Source: Lingula anatina (Eukaryota > Animalia > Brachiopoda). Taken from it: a stretch of DNA of 64,000 nt. The notes under the pieces were generated by a model. The model was not told the origin of the DNA and ran no database searches. It worked only from the letters and a program-made list of their open reading frames with translations. Location: assembly GCA_051362555.1 (NCBI GenBank), contig CM120648.1:17728587-17792586 (forward strand), written 5' to 3'. Positions 44,181 to 57,220 of the stretch are shown here, piece after piece. Both the position numbers and the translations under genes were made by a program. The first letter of the stretch is position 1; each line of letters begins with the position of its first letter.

Positions 44181-47100
44181 TTTTGTGAAAGCGCCCCGGT
44201 AATTTCAATGTATTTGTATTAATCTACGTATTTAATGATAACTTCATGATCTTCAGATAACGACGAATGCGCAGTTAATAACGGTGGTTGCGAACAAATA
44301 TGTATCAACGACCCGGGCTCGTACCAGTGTGCGTGTACTCATGGGTTTGCACTGCTGGCGGACGGCAAGACGTGCAATAAGACAAGTAAATTAAGATTTT
44401 CCTGGTTGAGAAGTTTAGTGAATTAGAATATACATGTACATAACCTTATTCCACGATCTTCTGCTAAAAGAAGTCACGTAAAACAAGCTGCTTGTTCAAC
44501 TGTTAGATATGAAAATTAATTGAAGCCTTGAATAATAATAATAAGGGAGGGTTTTGTCAATGCACGTCAATGTGTATACCAGTTGACGGCCAGGTCTTAT
44601 CGGATGTCTTAGAATAGACCAGTTTATAATTATAATTTCAGCATTTGACGAATGTGAGGCTGGGTTTCACATGTGTCAGCAGAACTGTATCGATACATTT
44701 GATTCCTACATCTGCACATGCGTAACAGGCTTCACTCTGCATCCCAATGGCCTAAACTGCTCAGGTAATTATATTATATTATATTTTATTATTATATTAT
44801 ATTATATTATATTATATTATATTATATTATATTAAAAAACAAAGCCTATTTGTCACATTTTTTTTTCGTAATTTAAAATGAAAAGAAAATTAATGCAGTT
44901 TTCGAAATCAAAATCCTCAACCTAACTCTTTGAAAATAGGCGGATCTTGAACATTATATTTCAATAAATAAATAAATAAATAAATCTCTATTCTTGTCTT
45001 TTCTCCAAATAACTCTACACATTACACACACATTTTAGATGTTGATGAATGCGAGCTAAACCAAGATGGCTGCGACCATAACTGTACCAACACGTACGGT
45101 TCTTATGAGTGCAGCTGTGCCGTGGGGTATAGACTTACCGGGGATAACATGACATGTGAAGGTAACGGGCTCTCTTCATAATGTAGGGAACTCCCCGGCG
45201 TCCCATGTAACCATTAAATATACATACGTGTGTTATTATTTCTAAGGTAGTGTCTTTTATGCTACTTATTATTATACTATATTAGTAATATTAATACCCA
45301 TGGTGCCACATTTCATAATGATGCGTATATTCCAATTAGTCAGAGTGCTATATGATGTGTGGGGATGGGTGATTTTTAGGAGGAGTTCAGACCATAGAGA
45401 AAATGAAGGGCGTTTTGAAAATTAACACGACTTTTTATAATCATTATTGAGCACTCAAATGTGTACAGGTTACGATTTACAGGCTCGAATCTCTACTCTA
45501 ATCATAACATCTTTACAACAACTATACAAATTAATACAAAATACATTTTGTATTTTGACTTTGCGGGAATCTTGCCAGGCGAAAATTAATCCAATGTTTG
45601 ACAATCAGGACGAGAAACAAATGTGTTATAACATATTCATATACCAGTGACTAAACCATATTTAAGCAACTATAAACAAGTCCAGTTAAACTCATTTCCA
45701 TATTTGTAAAACTCGCCCTATTCCACTTTACTTCGTGATTCCAGATATAAACGAGTGTCTCACTGACAATGGTGGTTGTGAGCAAGAATGTGTCAACGTT
45801 CCCGGGTCAAGAAAGTGTCACTGTCGCCATGGTTACGTCATCAGTCTTCTAGATGACATCAAGTGTAGTGGTATGGCTTCTAGAATATTTCTTTATTCAG
45901 TTTATTAATTAGTTATTTTATTGGAATAGCACAAAGAACCATATTAATGTACATGTTTTCAGCCGTGTTAATTTTCATACATACATATTCTATCTACAGA
46001 GTTAATTATCCTTTTCTTGCCTCCCTTTAGCTTGTTCAAACTCTTACACCTTTTACTTACTTTTTGATGAATTTCAGGATGTATGGAACGCAAGCTTATA
46101 CTTGAACACCTCACTTCGACTTTTAAAATTAGCTTCTTTGAACAGTTTATGCAACGAGGCTCAATTTTAAATGAACGTTAAACGTTTTAAAAGGTTGAAA
46201 ATAGGCCTATGCATTTATTTATTCATTTATTACAGATGTGAATGAGTGCGCTGTGAACAAAGGCGGTTGCCACCATTTCTGTACCAATACTATTGGCTCG
46301 TTCCAGTGTAGCTGCTTGGTTGGCTTTCGGCTTAAAGAAGGCGGTCTCCAGTGCGAAGGTATTCAGTGATAGGAAATAAGAGAAACGCGAGTTAGATGCA
46401 CTAAGACACAGATTTGAACAGTGTTGAGTAAAGTATTGCTGCGATACTTAAATGTTAATTAATGACAACTATGCGCGTTGTATGACGTTATGTATTCTTA
46501 TGTAGGGCCTATACGTGTGAAAGTATTGTGGTCATGATGCAATCTTTTTAGATTGCTTAAATTTTTCAGCGAATCTCGTTATTTGCGGGCGACATTTACA
46601 GAAAATATCCTTATTTACTGATAATTAAATACTAAAGGGCATTGACAGACAATAATGCTGTGTGTCAAATATGGGTGAAGGTGAAGTGCTTTTGAAAAAT
46701 AAAATCGTGCAATTAAGGAAATTGTAAAAAGCAAATCTGCACAAGAGCGAATACAGAATTTTTTTTTTTTTTTTTTTAGATGTGAATGAATGTCTCTCTG
46801 ATAATGGCGGGTGTGAACACAAGTGTACTAATACCCAGGGCAGTTTTTACTGCTACTGTGACAATGGGTACAAACTGTCCTCCGATAACAAGACATGCTT
46901 TGGTAAGTTCCATCGTACCGTATGGGCCATGATATCTCAAAAGTAGCCACAGATAAAATCAAACAAAACAATTTTTTACAATCACAATGATATCTCTTTC
47001 AATGGAATAGTGCATGAATTTATTTATTCATTTATTCATTTATTGTTTGTTTGTTTGTTTAAACATATATTTATTTTGTAATTTGTAACAAAACAATTTT

Positions 47101-47617
47101 CATAATCAATTTTACATCTCTAAATGAGGAACAGTACATAAATTGATAATATTTTTTATTTGTTCATCTATTTATTTATGTATTTATTTATTTATTTGTA
47201 GACATTGACGAGTGTGCCCTGAAGCAACACCACTGTCAACAAATCTGTTCTAACACCCAGGGGTCGTACGAGTGCTCTTGTAACCATGGTTACACGCTAT
47301 TAGTGGACGGTAGAAGTTGTGGTAAGTGCTTATGTTCTCGTAATCGTGATGTCAAGACTGATACTGAGTGACTCCTTTGTCGCCATTCTGATATTTTCAA
47401 ATGTGTTGACATTTTTTCCCGAAAGTAATTAAAGCGCCATATTAACAGGTCCCCGTTAAAACAGACGCCATATCGTGACTTAAATTCGTATGTCTTGTCT
47501 CTGTGATCATTAAAAATGTTAGAAATGTGCTCTTATAATTTCCCAAAAAATTCCCCTTACTTAGTTCTAATTTTCTTGCAACAATTTCAGTTAAAATAAG
47601 TATTTTATGTATTAACA

Positions 47618-47667
<50 letters not shown>

Positions 47668-47839
47668 TAAATGTTTATATATCTCCAGATGAGAATGAGT
47701 GTCTGACTGGGAGACACAACTGTAACCAGCTGTGTTACGACACCCCGGGCTCCTACACCTGTGACTGTAATGATGGATATACACTGTTAGCTGACGGCAG
47801 AACATGTACAGGTGTGTGTGTGTGTGTGTGTGTGTGTGT

Positions 47840-47876
<37 letters not shown>

Positions 47877-49042
47877 TTTGTGTTTGTGTGCGTGTTTGTC
47901 TGTGAGAGAGAAGTACCTTATTTCCCCATGAGTACTTTAATACGTGCTAATGTAAGCTGTTTGTATCTTTCGTTATGCACGTTTTTAATCTTATGTTTTA
48001 ATTAAGTAAACCACCAATCCTTATTATTTATCACTAACGCCGTCTACCATTGTATTGCAGACATGAACGAGTGCACTACAATGGCTCACACGTGTCAACA
48101 GGTGTGTATGAACACCATTGGTTCCTATCAATGTGCCTGCAGACCCGGATATAAGCTGAACCCAGACCTCAGGACTTGCAGAGGTGACTTTTTTATTTAA
48201 TCTTTAATTTGATGTATTTTAGTCTTAGTCTTATGTCAACACAAACCACTAAAATACGAAGGGGAGCGAAGACCTCCGCCCCGAAAAATTATCAACTTAT
48301 AATCTCTTATAATTTAATAGATCATCACCAAAAACTAATCACTTTTAAGTTTGTCTATTTGTAACCTATCCTGATATTATCTTCAAAATCTGCCCATAAA
48401 TTTCCCTATAATGTCGCAAACAGACAGACAAATTCACAAATAAACTAACGGAAACTTGGCGGAGGTTAAAAAATTAGAAATAGGCGCATACAAATAACAC
48501 AGAGGTTCGTTTTTTATTATTATTTCTATTATTTTATTGTTTTATTTAACGTGAAAATGTATAGACAATATGATAAACGAATAAAACCTGACAACAAAGT
48601 TTGAGAAATCCGCCCAGGCATTTAACCCCAGCTTTAATTAGATTTTTTTTAACTGCGTGCTACAGATATCGATGAATGTTTGGCCCGTGCTCACGGCTTT
48701 ATTGAACTGTATGTTACAGATATCGATGAATGTATAGCCCGTACCCATGGTTGTAGCTGGGAGTTTGGTTGTTTTAACACAGAGGGGTCGTACAGGTGTA
48801 ACTGTCCCCTGGGGTACCAGCTGAACGCTGACGGATACACCTGTAGAGGTAAGGTGTTAAATAATGTATAGAATATATAATAGTCAAAAAAAATTACCAT
48901 GTGCATTCTATTTTTTATTTCAGTTTTAATTTGATGTACATTTATATAATGAATAATGTGTAATAATCAAATATTTTATTTGTGCATTCCATTCATTATT
49001 TCTTCGTTTGTTTTTATCTTTTGACAAACAGTTATATGTGCA

Positions 49043-49086
<44 letters not shown>

Positions 49087-50748
49087 CCAGACATTGATGA
49101 ATGTGCCAGCAGGACAGCAGAGTGTGAGCAGGATTGTAATAACGTAGAGGGCTCCTATATCTGCTCCTGCTTCCTTGGTTACAAACTAGACCCTGATGGC
49201 AGGGCGTGTAACGGTACGGCATGTGTTAACTTTGATATTGATAGTTTATCTAAACTTACAACCAAGACATCGAAGCTCTGCAGCCATAGTGTGAAAACAA
49301 AGAAAATGGAAAGATTTATATTATTATAGTCAATTATAATTAACGTAAGTAAAGTTACCTGCTCGTAGCCAGCAATTTAAAAAAGGGGGTTCATTTTTCT
49401 GAAAAAGTGAACCTTCCACAATGAAACCTTCGTGTAACTAGATCAATTTTCACCCAGAGGGGACCATTTCACGGCAAGAAGGGCGGTTCTTTTGAGCCTC
49501 CCCCACCCCGCTACGGGCCTGAGTTATATGCATAATAAAAACAATTGGCTTTGAAAGTATGCATTACACCGATAATCTTAAAGGCAATTTTTTGAAAGGC
49601 AGTATGAAATAAATGACTTATATTGTTCAAAAATTCAAATAAACACCTCATAACAATTAGGATCTGTCACATGTTAATATTTTCAGATATTGACGAATGT
49701 GCGTTAGGCAAGGATAACTGTGCCCACGACTGCTTTAACCACGCTGGCTCCTACTCCTGCGGATGTCACATGGGCTTCCAGCTAATGGAGGACGGGTTTT
49801 CATGTCAGGGTGAGACATCAATAGAAACAGTTAGGAGCTTTCGTTTGTCTATTTCTGCTTTTCAATTCATATTAAGAAGAAGTCTCAGTTATATTTTAAT
49901 GGTATTTTATCTGTGCCTGACGTCATTATGTAAGAGCTTGTTGTGACAGCGTTATTTCTTTCCATGGGGACAATTATTTAGGTATAATACAGTTTCACAT
50001 GTGATTCTTATCGGGTGTTGGCATCACTTATATTGAGACTATTGCGACGAAAAAAAAAGATTACTGTTAAAATGTTTATTCAGTGTTTTTCAATTCAGTT
50101 AAACTGAATATTTTATTATCTTCATTTACTGATACAGGTGTTTCATTATTGTTTATTTGTTGATTTTATATGATTATTATTTTAATAAGATGTGAACGAA
50201 TGTGCCCGCGGGTCACACGACTGTCAGCAGCTATGTGAGAATACCGTGGGGTCTTTCCAGTGCAGCTGCTCTTCTGGATTTCAACTCGCGGCAGACAAAA
50301 AAAATTGCACAGGTATATTCTCTCCCAACTCTTCCTCTCTGTCTCTCCCCCTCCCTCCATCTCTCTCTCTCATCTCTCTCTCTTTCTCATTTCGCCTTTT
50401 TAAGATTCAAAGTAAAGTATTTTTAAATGAAATAAATGTTTAAGTTAAAAGTACACGCCTTAACTTTTCAGTCTCATTATTTTACTTTATTTAAATCGAA
50501 ATTTTCGAATAGCATAAACTAATCGTATTGTTCCCAAGCATTTTTAACTGATCATGTAATCCTAGTTTTTTTTTTTTCTATTCTCAAGATATCAACGAGT
50601 GTACCAAGGGCACTCACAACTGTTCCCAGGTATGTAACAACCAGCCGGGAGGGTATTTCTGTAGTTGTTACACCGGCTACCAGCTCCAGGCAGACGGACT
50701 GGCTTGTTTCGGTGAGTTCTCAGTTCTCGAGCTTTCACTCGTGACTTC

Positions 50749-50794
<46 letters not shown>

Positions 50795-52879
50795 CTACGT
50801 AATAGTCTATCACAAATATGTGCTGATATCAGCAAGAATTGGTCTGGAATATCGACTGTATTATGTATAAATTTAATAGCAAATTAAACGGTACAGAATA
50901 TTTTGTGCGGGTATCAGTTAAGGAAAGGCTTTACAATATATCTGCTCCTACAGAAAATATTTAAGTAGTTACAGCTTTATAATATTGGTTCTTGTTTTGT
51001 TTGCAACGTTTATGTGGCAGCACAGGCGCCAGTTTGGCACAAATTTATTGTATAGACATGTATAACATTTTACCATTTTCTGGCAGATTTTAACGAGTGT
51101 ACCACGGGTACTCACCAGTGTTCTCAGGACTGCACGAACACCCCGGGGTCCTACATATGTAGCTGTAAGCCGGGATTTCTACTGCAGCCAGATAAACTGA
51201 CCTGTAGAGGTAAAATATTGAGATTTGATTAGAGGTAAAATGTTGGAATTTGACGAGGTGAAACATCGGAATTTGAAGTGGGAAAGTAGGCCTACTGTAA
51301 TTTGTAGAGCAATTATAATTTTTCTCTGTATTTTTGCATACACGATTATGAGAAAAACGTAGTATAAGTTGTTCTCTTCTTCAGATATTAACGAGTGTGA
51401 GACGCTGAACGGCGGCTGTTCGACCTACTGTACTAATATCGCAGGCTCCTTTTACTGCTCGTGTGGAGTGGGGTACCGCCTGGACTACGACGAGAGGACG
51501 TGCGTTAAAGACGGTAATAATAATAATAATATCAACAGTGAAGATATTAATAATAATAAGTAGTTTAACTCCCTTTGGTTTCAAGAAATTTGACTTAGGC
51601 TTACTTTTCAGAAGGTAAACACCATCGTGACGTCACTTTTGACATTCTGTTGACGTCACATCATATCACGTGCCTCTTGGGATATTTAACCCCCCATCGT
51701 TTGAAAAAGCCAACCTCCACCGCAGTTATTAATTTCTCCTTACAGAGGCTGCCAAATGCTACCACCCGTACGGTATCTTCCCCCACCACAGCGACTGCCG
51801 GAAGTTTATCGTGTGTGTGATGGGAGAAGTCATCTCCGTCCAGCCGTGTCCAGACGACCAGGCTTGGGACCTAGAGGCTGGACACTGCATCAACGAGACC
51901 CTGGCCAACTGCTCCAGGATTGTGCCGCCCACCAGTGAGTTTTTTTTACGTATTAGTTCGTGTATTTATAATAATAATAATAATAATAATAATAATTACC
52001 AATATGTGTCAATGATCACAGAGGAGTCATAACACTCTGATTTGAAAGTTTATCTAGGATTGTTTAAAGATAGAATAACTGCCCAAATTTAACAATATTT
52101 GCACGCTTGATGATTTTCATTCGACACCTTATGCCACTAAATCATTGATCGTTATGTTCAGTTTGCTTCTTTATACACGTGATTTGTGCGTAGAAATAAT
52201 GAGCGTAGCCTGCTCTATTTCCTGTTTAATCTCAATGTTAACAATTCAAACACGTATCCAGCAAGCACGCAACGCCATACTGACATCATTTCGACGTCAC
52301 AACATAGGCATGTCGTCATCATGACGTAATAAGAATGTTTTGCTTACGTTCAATTCCAGAACCCCCTATTTGCGAGGAGGGAGTGTACGCGGACATGGAC
52401 AACTGTGGCGGGTTTGTGGTCTGTAGCCAAAACACGCTGTTTAACTTCGTCTGTCCTGCAGGACTGCTCTTTAATAATGATACCAAGGAGTGCGAGAAAG
52501 CAGAAGACGTCGACTGCGGTGGAAGAGCGAAGTTTGGTGAGAATTTTATGTTATTTATTATTATTATTACCTCCGACAAGTCATTATTGTTTATTTATTA
52601 TTATTATAATTGGTTAATATGCAGCACACTGAGTTTGATTTCAAATACTTTTGGTGTTACTTTGTCATGCTCGACCAGCGCAAGTGTGCACGTTTTCTTA
52701 TATGTAACTCTAAAGATTTATACCCATTGCTTTTCTTATTGATAATAATATGTTAATCAATATACCTATTTGTCTGAAGGAGTGTGGTATTAGCAACTTT
52801 GACTGAGAACTTTTCATAAAACGATTGTAAATGCATGGCTCTTTTTTCATTAACAAACACTTTTAGCATTTGCATTCTG

Positions 52880-52919
<40 letters not shown>

Positions 52920-53162
52920 AGAAAAAAACACGTGAAACATTAACCTTACGACTGATCTTGTCTTCCAGCTGACCCCCTCTGCGACCATCCCAATGGCAAC
53001 TTTGAGGAGCCAACTAACTGTGCAGAGTTCTTATCGTGTGAAAATTATCTCATCTACAGACATAGAACGTGCCCCAATGGCCTGCTGTATTCCGAGGCCA
53101 GAGATCGCTGTGACTGGTCGTCTAATGTGGCATGCAGGGGGAGACCGTCATCTCCGCCTTAG
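39073..53162 (+). CDS. Secreted protein: signal peptide + CBM14 chitin-binding domain + 20 calcium-binding EGF domains + 3 CBM14 domains (~1110 aa)
   Basis: Exons 39073-39364, 41193-41318, 42075-42197, 42738-42860, 43624-43746, 44257-44385, 44642-44764, 45039-45161, 45745-45870, 46236-46358, 46780-46902, 47202-47321, 47689-47811, 48061-48183, 48720-48848, 49091-49213, 49687-49809, 50190-50312, 50589-50711, 51087-51209, 51385-51513, 51746-51934, 52360-52536, 52969-53162. All introns phase 1. EGF exons start D(I/V)(N/D)EC and mostly have CxNxxGS(Y/F)xCxC. Terminal domains show six-Cys peritrophin-A spacing (e.g. [22 protein letters not shown]). Confidence 0.9.
39337..39476 (+). repeat. 2-copy duplication of EGF-gene exon-1 donor (period 98)
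   Basis: GATGACTGCGGGGTAACCGGAAGAG|GTGAGGTTTATT vs GATGACTGTGGGGGAACCGGCAGAG|GTGAAGTTTATT. Confidence 0.88.
41585..41731. mobile_element. MITE with CAGGGCCGTAGCC TIR, 5-bp TSD
   Basis: CAGGGCCGTAGCCT...AGGCTACGGCCCTG flanked by TATAT/TATAT. Confidence 0.85.
42188..42380 (+). repeat. 84-bp tandem repeat spanning EGF-gene exon-3 donor (2.3 copies, 3 donors)
   Basis: ATGTGTA(T/A)AG|GTAAAT at 42188, 42272, 42356 with near-identical intervening 84-mers. Confidence 0.92.
42812..43275 (+). repeat. 9-copy 51-bp minisatellite of EGF-gene exon-4 3' end plus donor
   Basis: GAGTGTCTAAACGGCTTTAGTATGCTGGCGGACAACAGAACGTGTCAAG|GT x9, in frame ([17 protein letters not shown]); unit 8 has a GC instead of GT. 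Confidence 0.96.
48248..48468 (-). mobile_element. Small degenerate HINE/Helentron-like element
   Basis: Subterminal IR ACCTCCGCC (48272) / GGCGGAGGT (48458) with (CAGA)n microsatellite near one end. Confidence 0.4.
48648..48752 (+). repeat. 2-copy duplication of EGF-gene exon-15 acceptor (period 54)
   Basis: AACTGCGTGCTACAG|ATATCGATGAATGTTTGGCCCGTGCTCACGG vs AACTGTATGTTACAG|ATATCGATGAATGTATAGCCCGTACCCATGG. Confidence 0.9.
49358..49521. mobile_element. MITE family E copy, 5-bp TSD
   Basis: CCTGCTCGTAGCCAGCAATT...GCTACGGGCCTG flanked by AGTTA/AGTTA; internally similar to 37667-38007. A further degenerate copy at ~55175-55330. Confidence 0.75.
51205..51277 (+). repeat. 3-copy ~24-bp repeat spanning EGF-gene exon-20 donor
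   Basis: TAGAG|GTAAAATATTGAGATTTGA / TAGAGGTAAAATGTTGGAATTTGA / CGAGGTGAAACATCGGAATTTGA. Confidence 0.75.
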
Positions 53163-53781
53163 GGAACTGACCTTAGTTTTAATTTAAAAAAACACCATTT
53201 TTTGGTGATATTCGTTCCAAATGTAAGAAATGCTGTAAATATTATAATTCTTAAAACGGAAGCCGTGGTTTATATTAAAGGACATGCTCAAATCAAGTGG
53301 ATAGAAGATACTTCTAAAATGTATGTAGCAATGTATGTGTCTCTTTTGGGGGCCACATGTATTTAAATAAAAGGGGCAGATTTATCAGTTATTTTGTAAC
53401 TAATTACTTGTTTCCTCTTTCCAGTATTTTTTAAATTGTTTTTTCTTTGTTGTTCAGAGAGAAAACAACTGTTCGCACGAGATTCATATTTCACACTGTA
53501 AACAACACACTGGAATATAATCATTTCTATTTTACCGCCAAAACGACGGTTATGGCAATTATTCTGTGCTTGCAGTCAGACCACGTAGACCTTCGTAGAT
53601 GTCTCCTCCGTCATAACCTCTTAAGAAAAAAACATAAACTTTGAATGTCGGAATAGATTCATTAAGCATTGGTAAGTTTAGGAAAATCGTCGTTTAACCC
53701 AGGAAAATCCATTTTATTTATTTATTTATTTATTTATTTATTATTATTATTATTATTATTGTTGTTGTTGTTGTTGTTGTT

Positions 53782-53821
<40 letters not shown>

Positions 53822-56700
53822 TTTTTTTTTTTGCCAAAGCGTACAGTTGTTATCCCTTCAAGAGTTTTGCTGTATAACGGCCCTAGGCGAATAACGTCCG
53901 TAAGTTACCAAACCAACGCCCACTCGCACTACTACTGCACAGGTGGCACAAGTGAGACAGCAATGATACTGATTATGGGGCTTATGTAATATGTCCATTT
54001 GTATGCTGCTAAGCGGAACTGTCCCGACTGAATTACCATAGAAACGTCCGGAAATTGCTTCTCAAAGTCCCGATAAGTTCTGACAGAATTATTTAAAGTA
54101 CAATGTATATGCCATTGAGTGAAAAAGTGTAGTGTACCATATCGAAAACGGTCTCTTACGATTCTTGTATTATGAAAGATGGTGCGATGTGTTTGAAAGT
54201 ACTTTGAATACTTAACGCGATTCCTTTCGCTAAGATGTGAATATCTCTCATATTTGACTTAACTCTCGAAAGATAGTCAAGTAACTCTACAGAGATTTCT
54301 AAAAATCTTGCTAATTAACGGCATGAAGTCGCATGTTGTACACACATGCCTTTCACATGAAGACAAAAATGATAACTCACTGACTACAGTAGGCCACTTG
54401 AATCGCTTTTTATAAAAGCGGGCAATAGTTTAGCTCAATAGTTTCTATATTTAAATGCCTTTATCCAGAATTGAAGCAGAGCATGACTTTTAAATCTAAA
54501 ACCTCTGATATCTGGTCAGCGTAACAAGCCATGAAAAACATAACCAATAAATAACCGCTTAATTGCAATCAAACCGACTGCTTTATTTCGGGGTTCTGCT
54601 AAAACCGCCACTGAATGCGGTCACAGATAGAATACGAAACCCCCACTAATTGACTTCGACGGGTAATCGCAATTAAATCGAGTACTTCCTCCAGGGATGA
54701 AGCTAATACCGTTTTCATCAAAATAACGCAGGGTGTGGCAAGAGACAGAATTACGTATTCATTCTCTTTCTAATCTCCGGCACCAACAGAGTCTCTGTAT
54801 GACTCATTTTGTTCACCTAATTGCATGTCCATGGTTTTAACGTTCGGAATTAATCAGCACAGCATCAAGGGGGATATCAAACTGGGAGTTGATCACATAC
54901 TTCAGTGAAGAATCTACCTTACACGTATTAACCTGATTCCCCTAATGGGGGTAAAACAAGATATAAATAAAATCACCCGTATGAATTGTATCCATTCTGG
55001 CGCAATCCACTTAATGATCGGTGCATGAGTATAAATTATTCATACATCATTTTACAAAACATGCTCATTCATTAAGAAGATGAAAAACATTCTCAACATC
55101 ATCTGATTGCTCCTATTCCTTAACGATTTCTAGTCCCACGTGTACCCTACCTCAAATGTCTAAACGTAAGCACCCGCCTGTGGCCAGCATTTTTTTTTTT
55201 TTTTTTTTTTTGAAAGATTGGACCTTACAACTTTTAACTTTCATGTACCTATATAAAATATTACCCAGAGAGAACGGTTTCCCAGCAAAAAGGAGGGTTC
55301 TTTCGAACCCCCCCGAACCTCCCTGGCCCGAAAGTTGTTTATTATAATGAATCACAGTTAATTGGTTTGCTTAAAGAAACAGCCTGGCGTATTTGGGTAT
55401 GTTTCTGTAGATAAATAATGTGATGATTTGAGAACGCATACAGATTTCACTTATTAAACGCTGCGTACAGGGGGCTTTCTAATTGTTGTTTCTACGTTCT
55501 ATTATTTCTGTTGTAACAGCTTAAAAAAGACTAAAGCATGGCACATTTTGTGATACTGGTCCAAGAGCTAGTTTACAGGCAAAGAATACATTCCAATATC
55601 CACATAATACTGTACTTTAATAAATTCTGTTGCCGACCTTGTGAGATTCCAGAACTCAATTGGATCATTACCCCACAACTAACCGCGAAAGTTACGTCAT
55701 ACGTTGGTTGCTATGGGAACCTTGATTGGGTCTTCAAGTCCTGTAATGTTGTATATATGGTCAGGCAAAAGCCTCGCAAGCAGATGCCCGAGTGATAGGA
55801 ACACAGGCAATAAGGCGATCTTGCCGGTTAAATTTCCAAACTGCAAGTACATTGTTTCACTCTCGCCACAAAATCAATCTTGGTTTTCGGAACATGCCAT
55901 TGCCTTCGGTTGCCAGATAACGTTGACATTAGCTCACTCCCAGAGAGACTATTGCCTGACAATGAGACAATGATACTGGAAGATTGAATTTAGGAGGTAA
56001 TATGGCAGTTTCCATGTGCTGGCGAACGTCTGGGCTAGGTTATGTAGTTGATCAGTTCGCAAAATTTATTAAACAGTTCTCTAGATAAACCATAAAATAT
56101 CCTTACCGGGGATCTATCTATTACATTATACCACGGCTGGCACTCCAAACAATAGGAAAATTGCACATGTATTTCTCATACAGGCTTGCCTGTATTTTCG
56201 GTGCGTTTATCCTGTTGTTCGAAGCGCCAACAGTGGTATAATTTCGCCTCGATATAATCACGCTCTTGTGTGCCGCATACAGTGGGCGACTAGTGTTGTA
56301 ACTGGTACATAATTTTGTCCTCATCTTTTATTGTATATATTTATCCTTACGTCCCCTCAGTCAAACTCTGTCTGTGTCATAGGTGACTACAGCGGTATTG
56401 TCAACATACATTGAAAAAATGTTAACGATTTACTACAAAACAAAATATATTAGAAAATACATCAATTGCCCAACAAACGTAAACTCGATCAACAATTTCT
56501 GGATTTGATTAAAAAATGAGTGCAAATCACCACAATTGTTTGGGTGTTATATTATCAAATGCAAAGTTATTGCAATTATGTTGTTTCTATCTTCAATCGT
56601 TTGAAATTTCAGCTACATTATTTTTTGAAAATGTAACAATGTATGAAACATTTGAACAATAAAAAGATTTTACACAACGCTGACAAGATTGAATTATCAC

Positions 56701-56731
<31 letters not shown>

Positions 56732-57220
56732 CATGTTACAAAGTAGACAATCTTTCCTGGCAAATTAATCCAAAATTTGTGTCTAGTTTTCCTAAAAAAA
56801 AAATACAATAAGGCCAATTTTCCCACGTATTCCCATGCATTGTAAACTTTAATGTTCTTAGTCAAAGTTTTATGATAACGTCTATGATAAACCGTTCATT
56901 GTTCCATTGCTCTATATTCCGCTGTTTACGATGCTACACGCCACACGACATTGGAGAATTCAAATGGTGATAACATCAAACTGTATGTAAATGTAGAAAA
57001 AGTCCTCGTAAGGGAAGTAGGTCCACCTGCATAGATGAAAAAAACAGGCCATTCCAACTTTGTAATGGAATTAGGAAATATAACTAGGTCTTTAGTCAAA
57101 ATTATTTATCATAGCCTGGTTTTAATGACGTATCTCCTGAAATCGTTTCTTGTCCAAATGAAACACATTTTACACTAAGATAACAACCATAAATAATGTA
57201 GTAATATATCATTACACATT

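Noticed and set aside
51507-51560. Possible degenerate duplicate of the exon-21 donor
   Set aside because: Similarity is mostly an (AAT)n microsatellite; not distinguishable from chance.
39073-53162. Calling the EGF gene fibrillin, SCUBE or matrilin
   Set aside because: No TB/8-Cys, CUB or vWA domains seen; termini are chitin-binding-type domains.
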